Below the pieces are notes generated by a model. That model worked only from the letters and a program-made list of their open reading frames with translations. It was not told the origin of the DNA and did not search any database. A program made the translations under genes and the position numbers. 64,000 bases of DNA from Dendrobates tinctorius (Eukaryota): contig NW_027361749.1 in assembly GCF_039654945.1 (NCBI RefSeq), positions 12,648,001-12,712,000 on the forward strand, read 5' to 3'. Below, piece after piece: positions 21,990-36,035 of this stretch (position 1 is the stretch's first letter; each line of letters opens with the position of its first letter).

Positions 21990-23614
21990 CAGTACCTTGC
22001 GAAAGTTTTCGGCCCCCTGGAACGTTTCAGCCTTTTCCCACATATCATGCTTCAAACATAAAGATACCAAATGTAAATTTGTGGTGAAGAATCAACAAAA
22101 AGTGAAACACAGTTGTGAAGTTGAACGAAATTTATTGGATATTTTAAATTTTTGTGGAAATTCAAAAACTGAAAAGTGGGGCGTGCAATGTTATTCGGCC
22201 CCTTTACTTTCAGTGCAGCAAACTCACTCCAGAAGTTCATTATGGATCTCTGAATGATCCAATGTTGTCCTAAATGACTAATGATGATAAATATAATCCA
22301 CCTGTGTGTAATCAAGTCTCCGTATAAATGCACGTGCTGTGTGATAGTCTCAGGGTTCTGTTTGAAGCACAGAGAGCATCATGAAGACCAAGGAACACAA
22401 CAGGCAGGTCCGTGATACTGTTGTGGAGAAGTTTAAAGCCGGATTTGGATATAAAATGATTTCCAAAACTTTAAACATCCCAAGGAGCACTGTGCAAGCG
22501 ATCATATTGAAATGGAAGGCCTATCATACCACTGCAAATCTACCAAGACCCGGCCGTCCCTCTAAACTTTCATCTCAAACAAGGAGAAGACTGATGAGAG
22601 ATGCAGCCAAGAGGCCCACGATCACTCTGGATGAACTGCAGAGATCTACAGCTGAGGTGGGACAGTCTGTCCATAGGACAACAATCAGTCGTGCACTGCA
22701 CAAATCTGGCCTTTATGGAAGGGTGGCAAGAAGAAAGCCATTTCTCAAAGATATCCATAAAAAGTGTTGTTTAAACTTTGCAACAAGCCACCTGGGAGAC
22801 ACACCAAACATGTGGAAGAAGGTGCTCAGGTCAGATGAAACCAAAATCGAACTTCTTGGCAACAATGCCTAACTATATGTTTGGCGTAAAAGCAACACAG
22901 CTCATCACCCTGAACACACCATCCCCACTGTCAAACATGGTGGTGGCAGCATCATGGTTTGGGCCTGCTTTTCTTCTACAGGGACAGGAGAGATGGTTAA
23001 ATTTGATGGGAAGATGCATGGAGCCAAAAACAGGACCATTCTTGAAGAAAACCTGTTGGAGTCTGCAAAAGACCTGAGACTGGGACAGAGATTTGCCTTT
23101 CAACAAGACAATGATCCCAAACATAAAGCAAAATCTGCAATGGAATGGTTCACAAATAAATGTATCCAGGTGTTAGAATGGCCAAGTCCAAGTCCAGACC
23201 TGAATCCAATTGAGAATCTGTGGAAAAAGCTGAAAACTGCTGTTCACAAACGATCTCCATCAAACCTCACTGAGCTTGAGCTGTTTGCCAAGGAAGAATG
23301 GGCAAGAATTTCAGTCTCTCGATGTACAAAACTGATAGAGACATACCCCAAGTGACTTGCAGCTGTAATCGCAGCAAAAGGTGGCGCAACAAAGTATTAA
23401 GTTAAAGGGGCCGAATAATATTGCACGCCCCACTTTTTAGTTTTTTTATTTCCACAAAAATTTAAAATAACCAATAAATTTCGTTCAACTTCACAATTGT
23501 GTCCCACTTGTTGATTCTTCACCAAAAATCTGCATTTGGTATCTTTTTTTGAAACATGATATGTGGGAAAAGGTTGAAAAGTTCCAGGGGGCCGAATACT
23601 TTCGCAAGTAACTG
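21990..23614 (+). mobile_element. Tc1 IR/DR-type transposon; 339-codon DD34E transposase 22381-23400 with two premature stops
   Basis: ~210-bp TIRs and TA TSDs. In-frame stops at 22870-22872 and 23353-23355. GRP, SDETK, QQDNDPKH and SPDLNPIE motifs. Confidence 0.95.
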
Positions 23615-24429
23615 TACCTAGAATTCAGAGTATAACCTTTGTTAAAGCGGCTTAGGCTTGATTATACCCCAGGACTATTATGCCTAGACCATTTTATACT
23701 CCGCGGTATAAATTGGCCTAGGCCATTTCATACCCCTTCATGCCAGATTATACCCCCCTTGATATCAGCAGCGTACAAATTAACTAAAGAGATGGTACTT
23801 CTGTGTCTGGATCTTATGAAACCCGTAGAACTATATGGCAAGCCAGATTTGGCCCGTGAGTCTTGCGTTTGAAACATGCATTAAATGGAGATGGTCAAAT
23901 CTGACAATTTCAACCATGTGATGTGTATTTGGTTGTCTGCCTAAGACAACTGAAGTTGAGGAAGAGATGGCAGCAAATTTCCCCCTCTCCCATTAAAAAA
24001 CATGAATGCTCAACCAAAGGAGTTGACAGATGACTGGCAGCTAAACAACATTAGTTTTCTAATAAGACTTCACCTTGGTATTGTGTTCCTAGATGTGATC
24101 GCCCACTCAGTCTTTATAGTAACCATCTATATATAAACAGGAGAAAATAAAAATACAAATTGATATGTGAAATCTTAAAGCCTTTTAATCAACAAATATA
24201 ATGCAGGTAATTTGGGAATTTACAGTTCAAAATTATATTAGTTCCTCTATATTTTTCTAAGAATCACAGTTGAGTCTCCATGGACCTAAACCATCTGCTT
24301 TCAGAGTCGCGGGTGATTAATGGTAGATTACTTCCTCTTGTCTTCCCGATAAAAAGGAACAGGACTTTATTCTAGTGCTGACAGTATTATTATCTTGTTA
24401 TTTTAATGAACCTGAAACTTTGAGATAGT

Positions 24430-24810
24430 GTTACCAGTAAATGTCAAATTCGTATATAAATTACAATCAACCAAATAACATTGACAGACTGGTACAGAGG
24501 GGAGAGGGCCCTGCCCTGACTGGGCTAACAGTCTACAGGGTAATGGGGAAAAATACAGTAGGTTGGGAGGTGACAGTGAGGTCATTGCAAGCTGTACGTT
24601 TTCTTGAAGATATGAGTTTTCAAGTTCTGTCTGAAGGTTCTTAATGTTGGATACAATCGTACATGTTGGGTCACGGAATTCCAGAGGATGCTGGGGAGAA
24701 ATTTTAAAAGCAATTGGTGGAGGTGTGAATCAGGACTTGTGGGGACTAGAGATTGTGTGTGGGAAGATATTGGGAGATTAGTTTGGAGATATATGGAGAA
24801 GACAGATGTT
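24430..24810 (-). mobile_element. L2-clade LINE 3' fragment
   Basis: Reverse complement of the L2 tail (GACAGACTGGTACAGAGGGGAGAGGGCCCTGCCC...). Confidence 0.65.
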
Positions 24811-24837
24811 TGCTGCTAATTCCCTTTATATCATGTA

Positions 24838-25200
24838 CCGTATTTTTCGGACTATAAGACGCACTTTTTCCCCAAAACATTTGGGAGGAAAATGAGGGGG
24901 TGCGTCTTCTAGTCTGAACACAGGTTTACCAGGGGGTTGCGACAGTCGTGTAGCAGCGTCCTTTCCTCAGGGAACCGGCGGTGGCAGAAATGTGGCGATG
25001 CTGAAGCTTGGTGTCGGTGGTGAGCAGTACAGAGTGTATCACTGATTTCCTTGTGGCCATCTTCCAGAAGCCGTGGGCTGCCGAAGTTGGTGCGTGCACG
25101 GATTGAGATCTCGGTGGCCCTCGGCTTCAGGAAAATGGCCGCCGGAGGCCTCGTGTGCGCAGATTTGAGATCTCGGTGGCCCTCGGCTTCAGGAAAATAT
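24838..25200. mobile_element. pogo/Tigger-like non-autonomous element, left part
   Basis: TA-CCGTATTTTTCGGACTATAAGACGCAC terminus. Internal duplication GAGATCTCGGTGGCCCTCGGCTTCAGGAAAAT. No right TIR seen. Confidence 0.6.
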
Positions 25201-25663
25201 AAGAAACCAATGAATTAATTAATACAGAACTCCAATACTTCTTTTAAGCATTAAAATGTAAAGTGCTTAATTTACTTTGTTTTATAAAAAAAAAAGTGCG
25301 AAAGCCATCCATATAGAAGGTATTCCTTGATGTGGTTGAATAGCTTTTACACTTTTTGATTAAAAAAATGTTAACTAAGTAGCTTTTATTTTTTACATGA
25401 ATAGCAATATTGGAGTTCATGTATTCATTAATCAGTGTGCTCACATATAGTTTATGTATATAGGCGTATATTGGTCATATTGCGTATTTGTGAAAAGTGA
25501 GTTAACCATTTTCTTTTTTTTTTTTTTTTTTGCTTTCCAATGAGAAATTATCACTGATTTGGGTTTGGGATAAAGAAATTAGGTTGTGACACTTGGAGAT
25601 GTGGACTGATGTGAACGGTCACAACCAACTGAAAAGCACAGGAGAATATAAACATTTGTCTAA

Positions 25664-26136
25664 GGCCTCTTTCACACTTCAGTTTTTTGCATCAGTCAAA
25701 ATCCGCCAAAAGGACGGATGCTGGATCCGTTTTAGAACTGATGACAACGGATGCCACCCATCCGTTTTTTTGACGGATCCGCAAAATGTAGACTTTTAAA
25801 GGAATCGCAGCCTAGAGAGAGAGAGGGAGAGAGAATTTTTTTTTTTTTGTCCGGCACCTATAAAGAATTTCGGGTTAAATGAGTGTCTGGAGGATCCGCC
25901 AGAGAAAAAAACGTTGCAAGCTCCGTTTTCAAATCTTTGAGGATGGTGACGGACAGCAACTTTTGGCGGATCCTCAAAAAAAACGGATGCAACGGACGGC
26001 AATCCGTCACAATCCGCCATTAATGGAAGTCAATGGGGAAAAAAACGGATCCTCAAAAGAAAATTTGAGGATCCGTTTTTTTTCAAAACCTGACGGATTG
26101 TGACTGATTGCAAAAAACTGAAGTGTGAAAGAGGCC
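25664..26136. mobile_element. PIF/Harbinger-type MITE, ACGGATCC-motif family
   Basis: Perfect TIR GGCCTCTTTCACACTTCAGTTTTTTGCA; TAA TSD on both sides. Confidence 0.9.
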
Positions 26137-26677
26137 TAACTAGTATGCAACATATTTTCCTTTTCTCTCATTCTGATCTCTAAAAAATGTAGTTTGGCTG
26201 CACAGTGATAACAGTTTGTTATACAATGTGTTCTGTACGATCATAGATTCTTCTGAATGCACAACATGCGAGCTACTCCCTTAATAATGTGAAGCATAGA
26301 TATTGTTGAACACTGCCATCTTTTACCATTTTTATATTTTTGTGGATTTTGTTTTACATTTGTTGATCATTTTTCCCTAACAATGTGAAAAGAAATGTAT
26401 AACCACAAAACAAAATATACAATGTGTGAGCACACTTGTCACTTTTCTCACCGAGGATTCGACTTCTCCGTTTTTTTTACTAAGAATTTGCTGCTGAGAA
26501 TTCTTTCTGTGTTTGAGCATTTGGCGCGTTGACTATTGCTGGAATTTGAGAACAAAAGTTACCTACATAGTATAGGATTCAACACAAGCAAGGAGTAAAT
26601 AACTAAAATTTATTTGCTAAAGTCATGAACACTATAAAGACAGCTCATGTATGCGCTAGTCCTATTTGGCGCATGAG

Positions 26678-27120
26678 TAGAGATGAGCGACTTTGCCTTT
26701 TTTAGGGTCGAGTCGGGTTTCATGAAACCCGACTTTCTCAAAAGTCGAGTCGAACGAAATCGGCCGACTATAGGGAAAAGTCGTGAAACACGAAACCCAA
26801 TGAAAGTCAATGGGGAGAAAAGTCGCCAGTGAGTGGAAGACTGTAAACACACCTGGCATGAATTTTAACCCCAGAGGCGGCAAAATCTCTCTCTTCTCTC
26901 TCTCTCTCTCTCCCACTCCCACTCCAGCTACGCTCCCGCTCCGCTTCTCTCATTAGCTGAAAAAAGTCACGTGCAAGCATTTGGCGAAACCCGACTTTGA
27001 CGCTTGGGTCGCTGACCGCATGGCCAACTTCACACTGTGGTCGGGTTTCGTTTCATAAAACCCGACTTTGGCGAAAGTCGGCGACTTTTGAATCTGACCG
27101 ACCTGTTCCGCTCAACTCTA
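26678..27120. mobile_element. hAT-type MITE
   Basis: TAGAGATGAGCG...CGCTCAACTCTA ends; 8-bp TSD CGCATGAG / CTCATGAG (1 mismatch); repeated AACCCGACTT motifs. Confidence 0.85.
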
Positions 27121-28299
27121 CTCATGAGGACTCCACTCACTCTGTTCAGATTTGCTTTGAAGTCTGTATTGCAAAAGCAAACGTTATATTGTTTGATGAG
27201 TTGAATAGCTTGCATGCAGTACTATGTTTACCATCAAACTGACTGGTCCCTCACACGGTCCCTCACACCATTAATCCTTAACCTTGACAATGTTTGGGCT
27301 TCATTGCTGTTTTACTCAATTAGGTTCTTTTCACATGTCCATATATCCAGTTGTCATCCATTTAAAACAGATCCAGTATTTAAAAAAAAAAAGTACAAAA
27401 AACCCTCAAACCAGGCCTGTTAGGGCTTATGCAAAAGTCTGTGCAAATCTGTCCAGTCACAGACTGCAGTGCATGGACTGGCTGCAGTTCTCCCAACCTG
27501 AGCGTCCCCGCTTCGTATATATTTTTACGAGACTGTTACGCTCAGGTCGGGAGACCTCAGACAGTCCATGCATTGTGGTCCATGCTCAAATGATTTGCAC
27601 TGATATCTGAATGAGATCTTGCAGAGTAGAATTGGGTGCAAAATAGAAACCTAAGTTTCCATTCTGTAACTGATCCGTCGTCTTAAAAAAAAAATTCTGT
27701 TTAAAAATGCATTTTGGTTTTGTGTGTGCCGGCCGTACCTGTTTTTTTAGTTTTGTTTTATCTCTGGACATCTCTTGTGTGCATACACAGTGCTAAAACA
27801 GATTATCCATTAATGTCTTTTCCTCATAGACTTCAATATGTAAAACAAATAAAATTAGCTTGTCATCCATTTTTTTGGTCTTATAAAATGTTATGCAGAC
27901 TGTTTTTTGTTGAGGCTAAAAATTGGATATCAGACAAAAATGAGACTGAATATATTTTAGGACACTTCCTTTTCTATTCAAACTACGGTAATTGATCCTG
28001 TACTGGAATGTTTTTCTGATCGCAAAACTAAAAAAAACCCATGTTACATTGCTGCCCGTGGAGAGATGCAAAAGTGCATAAAATAAAGTAATTCACAAAC
28101 AGCCTAGTTTTCAACAATTTCAGTTCTACTTTCATGAAATATATGGTCTGGACTGCCCCTTCTTGTCAGATTTTAGTTGTAGCTTGTAATTGATAGTACC
28201 AAATACAACTTATAGACACAGGTTATACTTATGTGGCAACTGCTAGCCTAGCGGCCATCTGATTGACAGAGAATTGGCTCCTGAAAATGTGCGCGATGA

Positions 28300-28673
28300 G
28301 GGTGCTTTCACATTGCGTTCTGGGTACCTGTCGGGGCATACAACTGAAATCCACCGCAAAACAAGGTCTCCTCACATGCACCGACTGGACTAACAGACTG
28401 TAATGGTGACGGTAGAGTGAATGTGAGCTCTGCCATGCACTGTTTTCAGGAGTGTATACCTACAGGAGGCGGACACTCACACACAATCTACTACATCTGA
28501 GTGTCCGCTTACTGTAGGCGTACTCTCCTGAAAATGGTGCATGTCAGAGCGCATGTTCGCTCTGCCGTCACCATTACAGTCTATGGCCTCGTCGACACTT
28601 GCGTCTGGACCCCGTTTTGCAGAGTTCAGACGTATGCCCTGATGGTTACACAGAACGTAATGTGAATGCACCC
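28300..28673. mobile_element. PIF/Harbinger-type MITE (older, palindromic)
   Basis: GGGTGCTTTCACATTGCGTTCTG...CAGAACGTAATGTGAATGCACCC-TAA. Confidence 0.8.
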
Positions 28674-28696
28674 TAATCTGCTGTAAATGGCTTTAA

Positions 28697-31600
28697 CCCC
28701 TTTACCCCGGAAGGTGGTTTGCACATTAATGACCAGGCCAATTTTTACAATTCTGACCACTGTCATTTTGGGGTAGTAACTCTGGAAGCCTTTAATGGAT
28801 CCCGCTGATTCTGAGACTGTTTTTTCATGACATATTGTGCTTCAAGTTAGTGGTAAAATTTCTTCCATATGACTTGCGTTTATTTGTGAAAAAAAAAACG
28901 AAAATTTATTTAAAATCTAACTTTAGACTTTTTTATTTTCACAAGGGTAACAGGAGAAATTGGTTCACAAAAGTTGTTCAATGTCTTCTGAGTATGCTGA
29001 TACCCCATATGTGGGGGAAAACCACTGTTTGGGCCTATGGCAGAGCTTGGAAGGGAAGGAGCGCCGTTTGATATTTTCAACTCAAAATTGGCTAGAATTG
29101 AGATCGGACGCCATGTCGCATTTGATGAGCCCCTGATGTGCCTAAACTGTGGAATTCCCCCGCAAGTGACCCTCATTTTGGAAACTAGACCCCTGAATGA
29201 ACTTTTTCTAGATGTGTGTTGAGCAATTTGAATCCTCAAATGCTTCATCGAAGTTTATAATGTAGAGCCGTGAAAATAAAAACATTTTTTTCCACAAAAA
29301 TGATCTTTTAGCCCCAAATTTCTTATTTTCACAAGGTTAACAGGAGAAATTGGACCCCAAAAGTTGTTGAGCATTTTCTCCCGAGTACACTGATACCATA
29401 TATGTGGGAGAAGATTACTGTTTGGGTGCATGTCGGGGCTCAGAAGGGAAGTCGTGAGGTTTTGGAATGCCGACTTTGATGGAATGGTCTGCGGGCATCA
29501 TGTCGCATTTGCAGAGCCCCCCACAAGTGAACCAATTTTGGAAACTACACCCATTAAGGAGGAACTTATATAGATGTGTGCTGAGCCCTTTAAACCACCA
29601 AGTGGTTCACAAAAGTTTACAACGTAGAGCCGGGATAATATGAAAAAAAATTATATTTTTTTCCACAAAAATTATCGTTTAGCCCCATTTTCTTATTTTC
29701 ACATGAGTAACAGGAGAAATTGAACCCCAGAAGTTGTTGTGCAATTTCTCCTTAGTACGCTGGTACCCCATATGTGGGAGAACACTACTGTTTGGGTGCA
29801 TGTTGGGGCTCAGAAGAGAAGGAGTGACGTTTTGGAATGCAGACTTTGATGGAATGGTCTGTGGGCGTTATGTCACATTTGCAGAGCCACTGATGTGCCT
29901 AAACAGTGGCAATGCCCAACAAATACCCACTTTTTGGAACTGATTTACTGTTTCCTGCTATGTGAATTTTACATTGTAGTGGCATACGTGAGTTGTGTAG
30001 TGTTTGATAGGTTGTCATTCGTCAGTTGTGTAAGTCAGAAATTAATTTAGTAGTCCATGGATGTTTGGTACAGTCTGAAGCATTCTTTCATACATATGCC
30101 AGGTATATTGGGGCAGGTATCGCATTGATAAATTGTGTCCTTGTGTATTCCCTGTATATAACACACTTGTCAACTCTTTTGCGATTTAAATTTTTTTTCC
30201 CGCTTTGATGGACCTCCCCCAGGAAATGTTGGCCTGGTACAATGCGAGCACCTTCAGTTCCGGAAATACTGGGGCTCACTCCTTTCTGACTGCTAAATAT
30301 CAGGGCCTAAATCACTACCTCCTGGACTTGAAGGTGCGAAATAGCAGTCTGGCCTGCACATCGTGAAAGCAAGAAAACATTGTGCATTGCCATCTGTACG
30401 ATGTGCCCGGCCAGCTTCTTGTAACACACCTTGGCCTTTCTCAAATCACTGTACGGCTGGAGGACTTGATCAGAGAGATCAACGCCCCCCATGTTGTTGT
30501 TGTACATCAGTACACAGTTGGCTTTGCAGACCTGTGTAGAGGTTCCTCCTACAGTGCTGAGTGTGCGGCCATCACCATGTATGGTCGTGTATGGTGGTCA
30601 TGGAAAAGGCATTCCTTTTGTCCTTATACTTGACCACCAGTAGGTTGTCGCTACATTGGGCTCTGCTGTCACCCATTCTGAGTATCTGCCCAATTAGCGT
30701 TTTTGGGAGGCGTCTCTGATTTTTGCAGACAATACTGCAGGCTGCGGTACTCGCACAGAGAGGGACTTGAAGAGTGGAATGATGCTGGTTTACAAGTTAT
30801 CCACGTATAGGTGATAACCTTGATCGAGCAGTGGGTGCACCAAATCCCACACAAGTTTCCCACACTACCAGAACAGGGGGGCATTCAGGGGGTTCAATCT
30901 GGATGTCTTTTCCTTCATAAACTCTAAACCTGTAGGTATACCCTGAGATACGCTCACACAGCTTATAGAGTTTAATTCCGTACCTGGCCCTCTTATTGTG
31001 CAGGTACTGACGGAATTTGAGCCTCCCCTTGAAATGAATTAGCGACTCATCCACGCAGATGTCCCTTTGGGGCACGTACACTTCAGCAAACTTGACTTGT
31101 TTGATAATAATAAATTTTATTTCTATAGCGCCGACATATTCCGCAGAGCTTTACATTTCAGAGATGACCATCCGAAGTTTGGACAAAGGTTCAGAGTTGG
31201 GGGTCTTCTCAGGGATGACACCGTGCATTATCATTATAATGCAGGAATTTGTGGTTGGCCTCAAAACCTGTCCGGGCCAAGACCATTCGGAACACTTGAG
31301 TGATATATACAACATCAGCACTCCAATATTGCCAAAGTTCTGGCTTCTTCAGGATCACCATGTGAAGGATCCAGCCCCAAAGCTTTATAATTTCAACTGT
31401 GTCTGCAGGAGTCCAGTTAAAAAATGATGAATCACGGTTTTGTGCCAAAAATTGATGTGTACAAATTAGTTATGCCTACCATGATGATAGCAAAACCTTC
31501 AGAGAAAGACTTTGAAAAAGTCTAGTTCTGTGAGGCCATTGGTGTCTAACTTGATTCCTCATTGCGCCACAAAATCAGGAAGCAATGGCTCATAATTTTC

Positions 31601-32815
31601 AGGGAACGCGGTCTATACGGGGACAGTAATGGGGGGTGCTGGTTCACCTTCTTCCTTGGGGTGTCTTAGTGGCGGTCCAGCAGCACATTAGGAGGACAAG
31701 GAGTCAGAGTCTGAAAAATAAAGAAAGGTGGAATACTCTTCCTCACTGTCAGTGTGGGAGGTAAGGAAAGCGTATCCCTCCTCCATTGAAATGTTTTTGA
31801 GACGAGCGGGCCATTTTTTTTATGTATGTGGCATTTGTGTCAGTACTTTATTCAGGTGTGTGTGAGAGAGAGTGCTTGTTGTAAACTTTTTTTTTTTCAA
31901 CAGAAAAACATAAAAGAAAAAAGCAGCACCTGGGGGTAATAACAAAATCAATGAAAAAAAAGTATAAAACAGCGAACACGAGTGTTGATCAGTGAACTGC
32001 GTCCCTAATTATTTAACGCTTGGCGGCTGCTGGATGTGCACATGGAGGTGGTGCAAAGGTGGCGTGGAGGTGGGTAAAAAGGAGTAAGGGGTAGAGAGGG
32101 ATTGGGTTGGATGAGGAGAGCTCAGGCAAGGATCAAAAAACTTAGTTGACTTCTCACTTCTCTCTTCCTTCTTCTGTGAGGGGGAGAGGGGGATTGGGGT
32201 GAATGAGGAGAGATCAGGCAGAGATTTTCTTGCAGATGTCTTCTTTCTTCTCTTTTGTTTCTTCTTTAGCAGCAATGAGCGATTGTGGTGTCACAAGCTA
32301 CTGTGCACCACAAGGCCCTTCACAGTGCAGATCGGATAGCATGACCGCCCTGTACAAATCCTTAGCTACTATGAGGAAGTGCAGGGCGGTCACAAACAGG
32401 TCACAGAGCGGTAACACTGCATCTGTGCCCTGTGATTGGGGTGATCAATGTAATCTTCGATCACACCAATCAGAGAGGGTCCAGGTGGTGCCCACCAGCC
32501 TTTGATCGGTGCTGTTGGAGCACCGATCATAGACTGGGACATTAGTGTTTCAAGCAATCTGATTGCCTGAAACAATGAGAAATGCTGCGATTGGCTGTTC
32601 AGAATTGAACAGCCAAGCACGGCGATCGTAGTTTTGGGGGGCTGCGACACCCCCCCGTGGATGATGACACCATCTACCCAGAGGTAAGTTGGCGGAGCTT
32701 TAATGCGATCACCGCGACTTCTGTCGCAGTAAAAAAATTACGTAATAATCCCGTCCCGCGTCAATAAGGCCCAGGGTGTGTGGATGTATTATTACTGCAA
32801 ATATCAGAACGAGGG
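28697..32815 (-). mobile_element. Decayed autonomous piggyBac element
   Basis: TTAA-CCCCTT left end; degenerate ...GAGGG-TAAA right end; contains a transposase pseudogene and the clan's tandem repeat. Confidence 0.88.
30047..31814 (-). pseudogene. piggyBac transposase (PGBD4-like) pseudogene
   Basis: ICVDESLIHFKGRLKFRQYL.NKRARYGIKLYKLC, YNNNMGGVDLSDQ and a C-terminal cysteine-rich domain (YQCDTCPNIPGICMKECFRLY); many frameshifts. Confidence 0.92.
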
Positions 32816-34203
32816 TAAAGCTACATAATTTTTTATATTAAGTTATGAACAGAGTAAAATTTAGACGAGAGGCAAAGAGTAATAATGAAAATAGATAAAT
32901 TTATAAATTTGCCTAATTAAAAACGTTGCCTGTAATTCAGTATAGACAGAGAATATATACTTGGTGGAAAAAGGTTGGACTTGTTTGACATAGGACTTTT
33001 TTTTAAACCTATGTGTCAATGTCATTTTCTGATGCAGGTACATTTTTATTGCGGAGAAGTGGAGTTTCTGCTTCATTGTGTGCAGTTTGTTCTCTGCCTG
33101 CTTGTCATATAATCTCCTTACAATCACAAGAGTCTTGAGCGGAAGTGTATTCATAGAGCTTAATTAATGTGCAGGTGTAAAGGCCTAGCTCTTAGCTCAG
33201 GTAACACACCCATGATCAGGATCACATTTCCTGCATGAAGTCATTGCTGACGACATTATTAGTGAAGGGGCGGGAGAATGTCCCTCCGGCATGTTTGCTC
33301 GGTGGGAAAAAATGTTAGCGCTGTAATTATGCTTGTGATTTGGTCTGAGGCCAAGAATGAAAAGTACACAGACACTTTGGATGCCGCCCTTTGAATACTT
33401 CAGAACAGTACATCCCTTCTACAACACAGGGAAAGAGAAGGGAAAAACCCAGGAGGTGAATAAGTGCTTGCACCTCTGTCAGAGGTCATGAGACGTTTAG
33501 TCATCAGTTCTTACACTGAAGATGTTCTGTGCTAATTGCATTAACCTCTCCGTCAATTATATGTGAATTTGACCCCAAACTTATTTTATGACACAAGAAA
33601 ATTCTGTAATTGATTTTTTTTAACTGATTTTTTTTTGTGAGTAGAAGTAGTGCCATAATATAATTACATGCAAATCAAAATTGTTGCCGTTTTTTTCCCT
33701 TGTTGAGATTGCATTTGATAATCCATTCTGGCTTTCTTATGTGAAATTCTAATTGAAAAGCATTTCCCTACTGCAATAAGTAAAATAAAATAAACTTGTT
33801 TTTATAAGTGCACATTAGGTAAAAAATGGAGCTAATTTATGGAAATCCAAGTGTGCCTTAATTTGCATTAAAAACTGTATTCATTTACTACATGTTTTAG
33901 AAGCGTTATTCTTCACATTCAACAAGCGGGCATGTATGTATACTCTAAAGCGGGTGGAATTAATGTATATTATGAACCTATGAACCAATTACCAAAATCG
34001 CACCACGATTTGCCATAATTTAGTGGACCAAAGTAAACAAACTAATGGTGTCAACTCAGAATAGACAGTCTAAAAATGCTTCAAATATATCCAGCAACAT
34101 GATTGACTATGATAATTCTGGCCGATTTACATGGGATGACCTGGTGCACTAATGACTGCCGATCAGCTGCTTTGCTTGCTTTCTGAACGGTGATTGTTTA
34201 ACA

Positions 34204-34365
34204 CAGGGTTCCCCAACTCCAGTCCTCAAGGCCCACCAACAGATCATGTTTTCAGGATTTCCTTAGTATTGCTCAGGTGATAATTGCTTCATCTGTGCAA
34301 TACAAAGGAAATCCTGAAAACATGACCTGTTGGTGGGCCTTGAGGACTGGAGTTGGGGAACCCTG
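34204..34365. mobile_element. hAT-type MITE, 162-bp near-perfect palindrome
   Basis: CAGGGTTCCCCAACTCCAGTCCTCAAGG...CCCTG; perfect 8-bp TSD GTTTAACA. Confidence 0.92.
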
Positions 34366-34689
34366 GTTTAACAGACTGCCTGTGCAGTTAGACCCGTCTT
34401 CTGATGTTCACTTGAACTATCTGTAATAGATGTTCAGTACATATAGGCTGCTGCTGTTCTAGACCGCGCAAGTTCTGTTTACATAGAATGATACTCTGCT
34501 GAGAGAGATTATTTTTTGCACAGCACAAAAGATCATTTCACTCAACGGACAAACGTTTTATTCGTTCGTAAGGTTGTCAACGGCCTGATTTTCCTTAAAG
34601 TGAACCTGCCATCAGAAAAAAAACAATTAAAGTGAACCCGTCAGCACTTTTGGCCGATATAAGATATGGCCACTGCCTTTCAGGTCTTA

Positions 34690-35080
34690 GGCTACTTTCA
34701 CACTTGCGTTTTTTTGTGCTGCGCACCATACGCAGTGCAAACGCACATAAAAAACGCATCGTGCGTTTGTGCGTTTTTTGCGGTTTTGCGCATGTTTTTA
34801 AAAAACGCATGCGTTTTTTGCGCTGACGTGCGCATTACCATGCGCACGTCAGCGCACCCATAGACTATAATGGGTGTTTGGTGGAAAAAAAAAAACGCAT
34901 TGCGTGCGCATGCGTTTTTTGGGGGCTAGACGGGCGCATTTTGTGCGCCAGAGAGCACACTACAAAAAAACGCATGCGCATACAAACGCATGTGTATACG
35001 CACCCATGTAAAGTATAGGAAAAAACGCATGCGTTTTTTTCGCCAAAAAAACGGAAAAAAACGCAAGTATGAAACCTGCC
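34690..35080. mobile_element. PIF/Harbinger-type MITE, AAACGCATGCG-motif family
   Basis: TTA TSD; GGCTACTTTCACACTTGCG / CGCAAGTATGAAACCTGCC ends. Confidence 0.85.
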
Positions 35081-35099
35081 TTATCTACAGCATTCTATA

Positions 35100-36035
35100 A
35101 AACGGGGAAAAAAATTCCAAGTGCGGTGAAATTGCAAAAAAAAAAAGTGCAATCCCACACTTTTTTTTTTGTTTGGCCTTTTTACAAGGTTCACTAAATG
35201 CTAAAACTGACCTGCCATTATGATTCCCCAGGTCATTACGAGTTCATAGACACTAAACATGTCTAGGTTCTTGTTTATCTAAGTGGTGAAAAAAATCCAA
35301 ACTTTGTTAAAAAAAAAAAAAAATTGTGCCATTTTCCGATACCCATAGCGTCTCCATTTTTCGTGATCTCCGGTTGGGTGAGGGCTTATTTTTTGAGTGC
35401 TGAGCTGACGTTTTTAATAATACCATTTTGGTGCGGATACGATCTTTTGATCGCCCGTTATTACATTTTAATGCTATGTCATGGCAATCAAAAAATCATA
35501 ATTCTGGCGTTTTTACTTTTTTTTCTCGCTACGCCAATTATTGATCAAGTTAATCCTTTATTTTTATTGATAGATCAGACAATTCAGATCGCGGCGATAC
35601 CTCAATATGTGTATGTTTGAGTTTTTTTAATTTTATTTTGAATGGGGCGAAAGGGGGGTGATTTGAACTTTTATATATACTGTATATATATATATATTTT
35701 TTTTTACTTTTGGCATGCTTCAATAGTCTCCATGGGAAACTAGAAGCTGCCATAGCCAGATCGGCTCTGCTGCATAGAGGCGATGATCAGTTCGCCTCTA
35801 TGTAGTAGAATTACTCACTTGCTATGAGCGCCGACCACTGAGTGGCGCTCACAGCAAGCCGGCAGTGACAACCATAGGGGTATGTAACACACCGATAACC
35901 CAAGATCACGTGACGTGTGTCACCGGTGGGCGGATTTCCGGATCGATTGCCGGTAGCGCTTGTTAAATGCCGCTGTCGGTGTTTGACAGAAGCATTTAAT
36001 GGGTTAATAGCCGCAGGTGGATCGCAGTTCGCGAT
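35100..36035 (-). mobile_element. Fragment of a related non-autonomous piggyBac family
   Basis: Reverse-complement similarity to 2690-3300 and 45550-46200 (ATCGCGGCGATACC..ATATG; TACCATTTT motifs). Confidence 0.6.

Noticed and set aside
32860-33900. TE-free stretch that might be a conserved enhancer (also 41400-41950)
   Set aside because: Absence of recognisable repeats is not evidence of function; needs a cross-species alignment.
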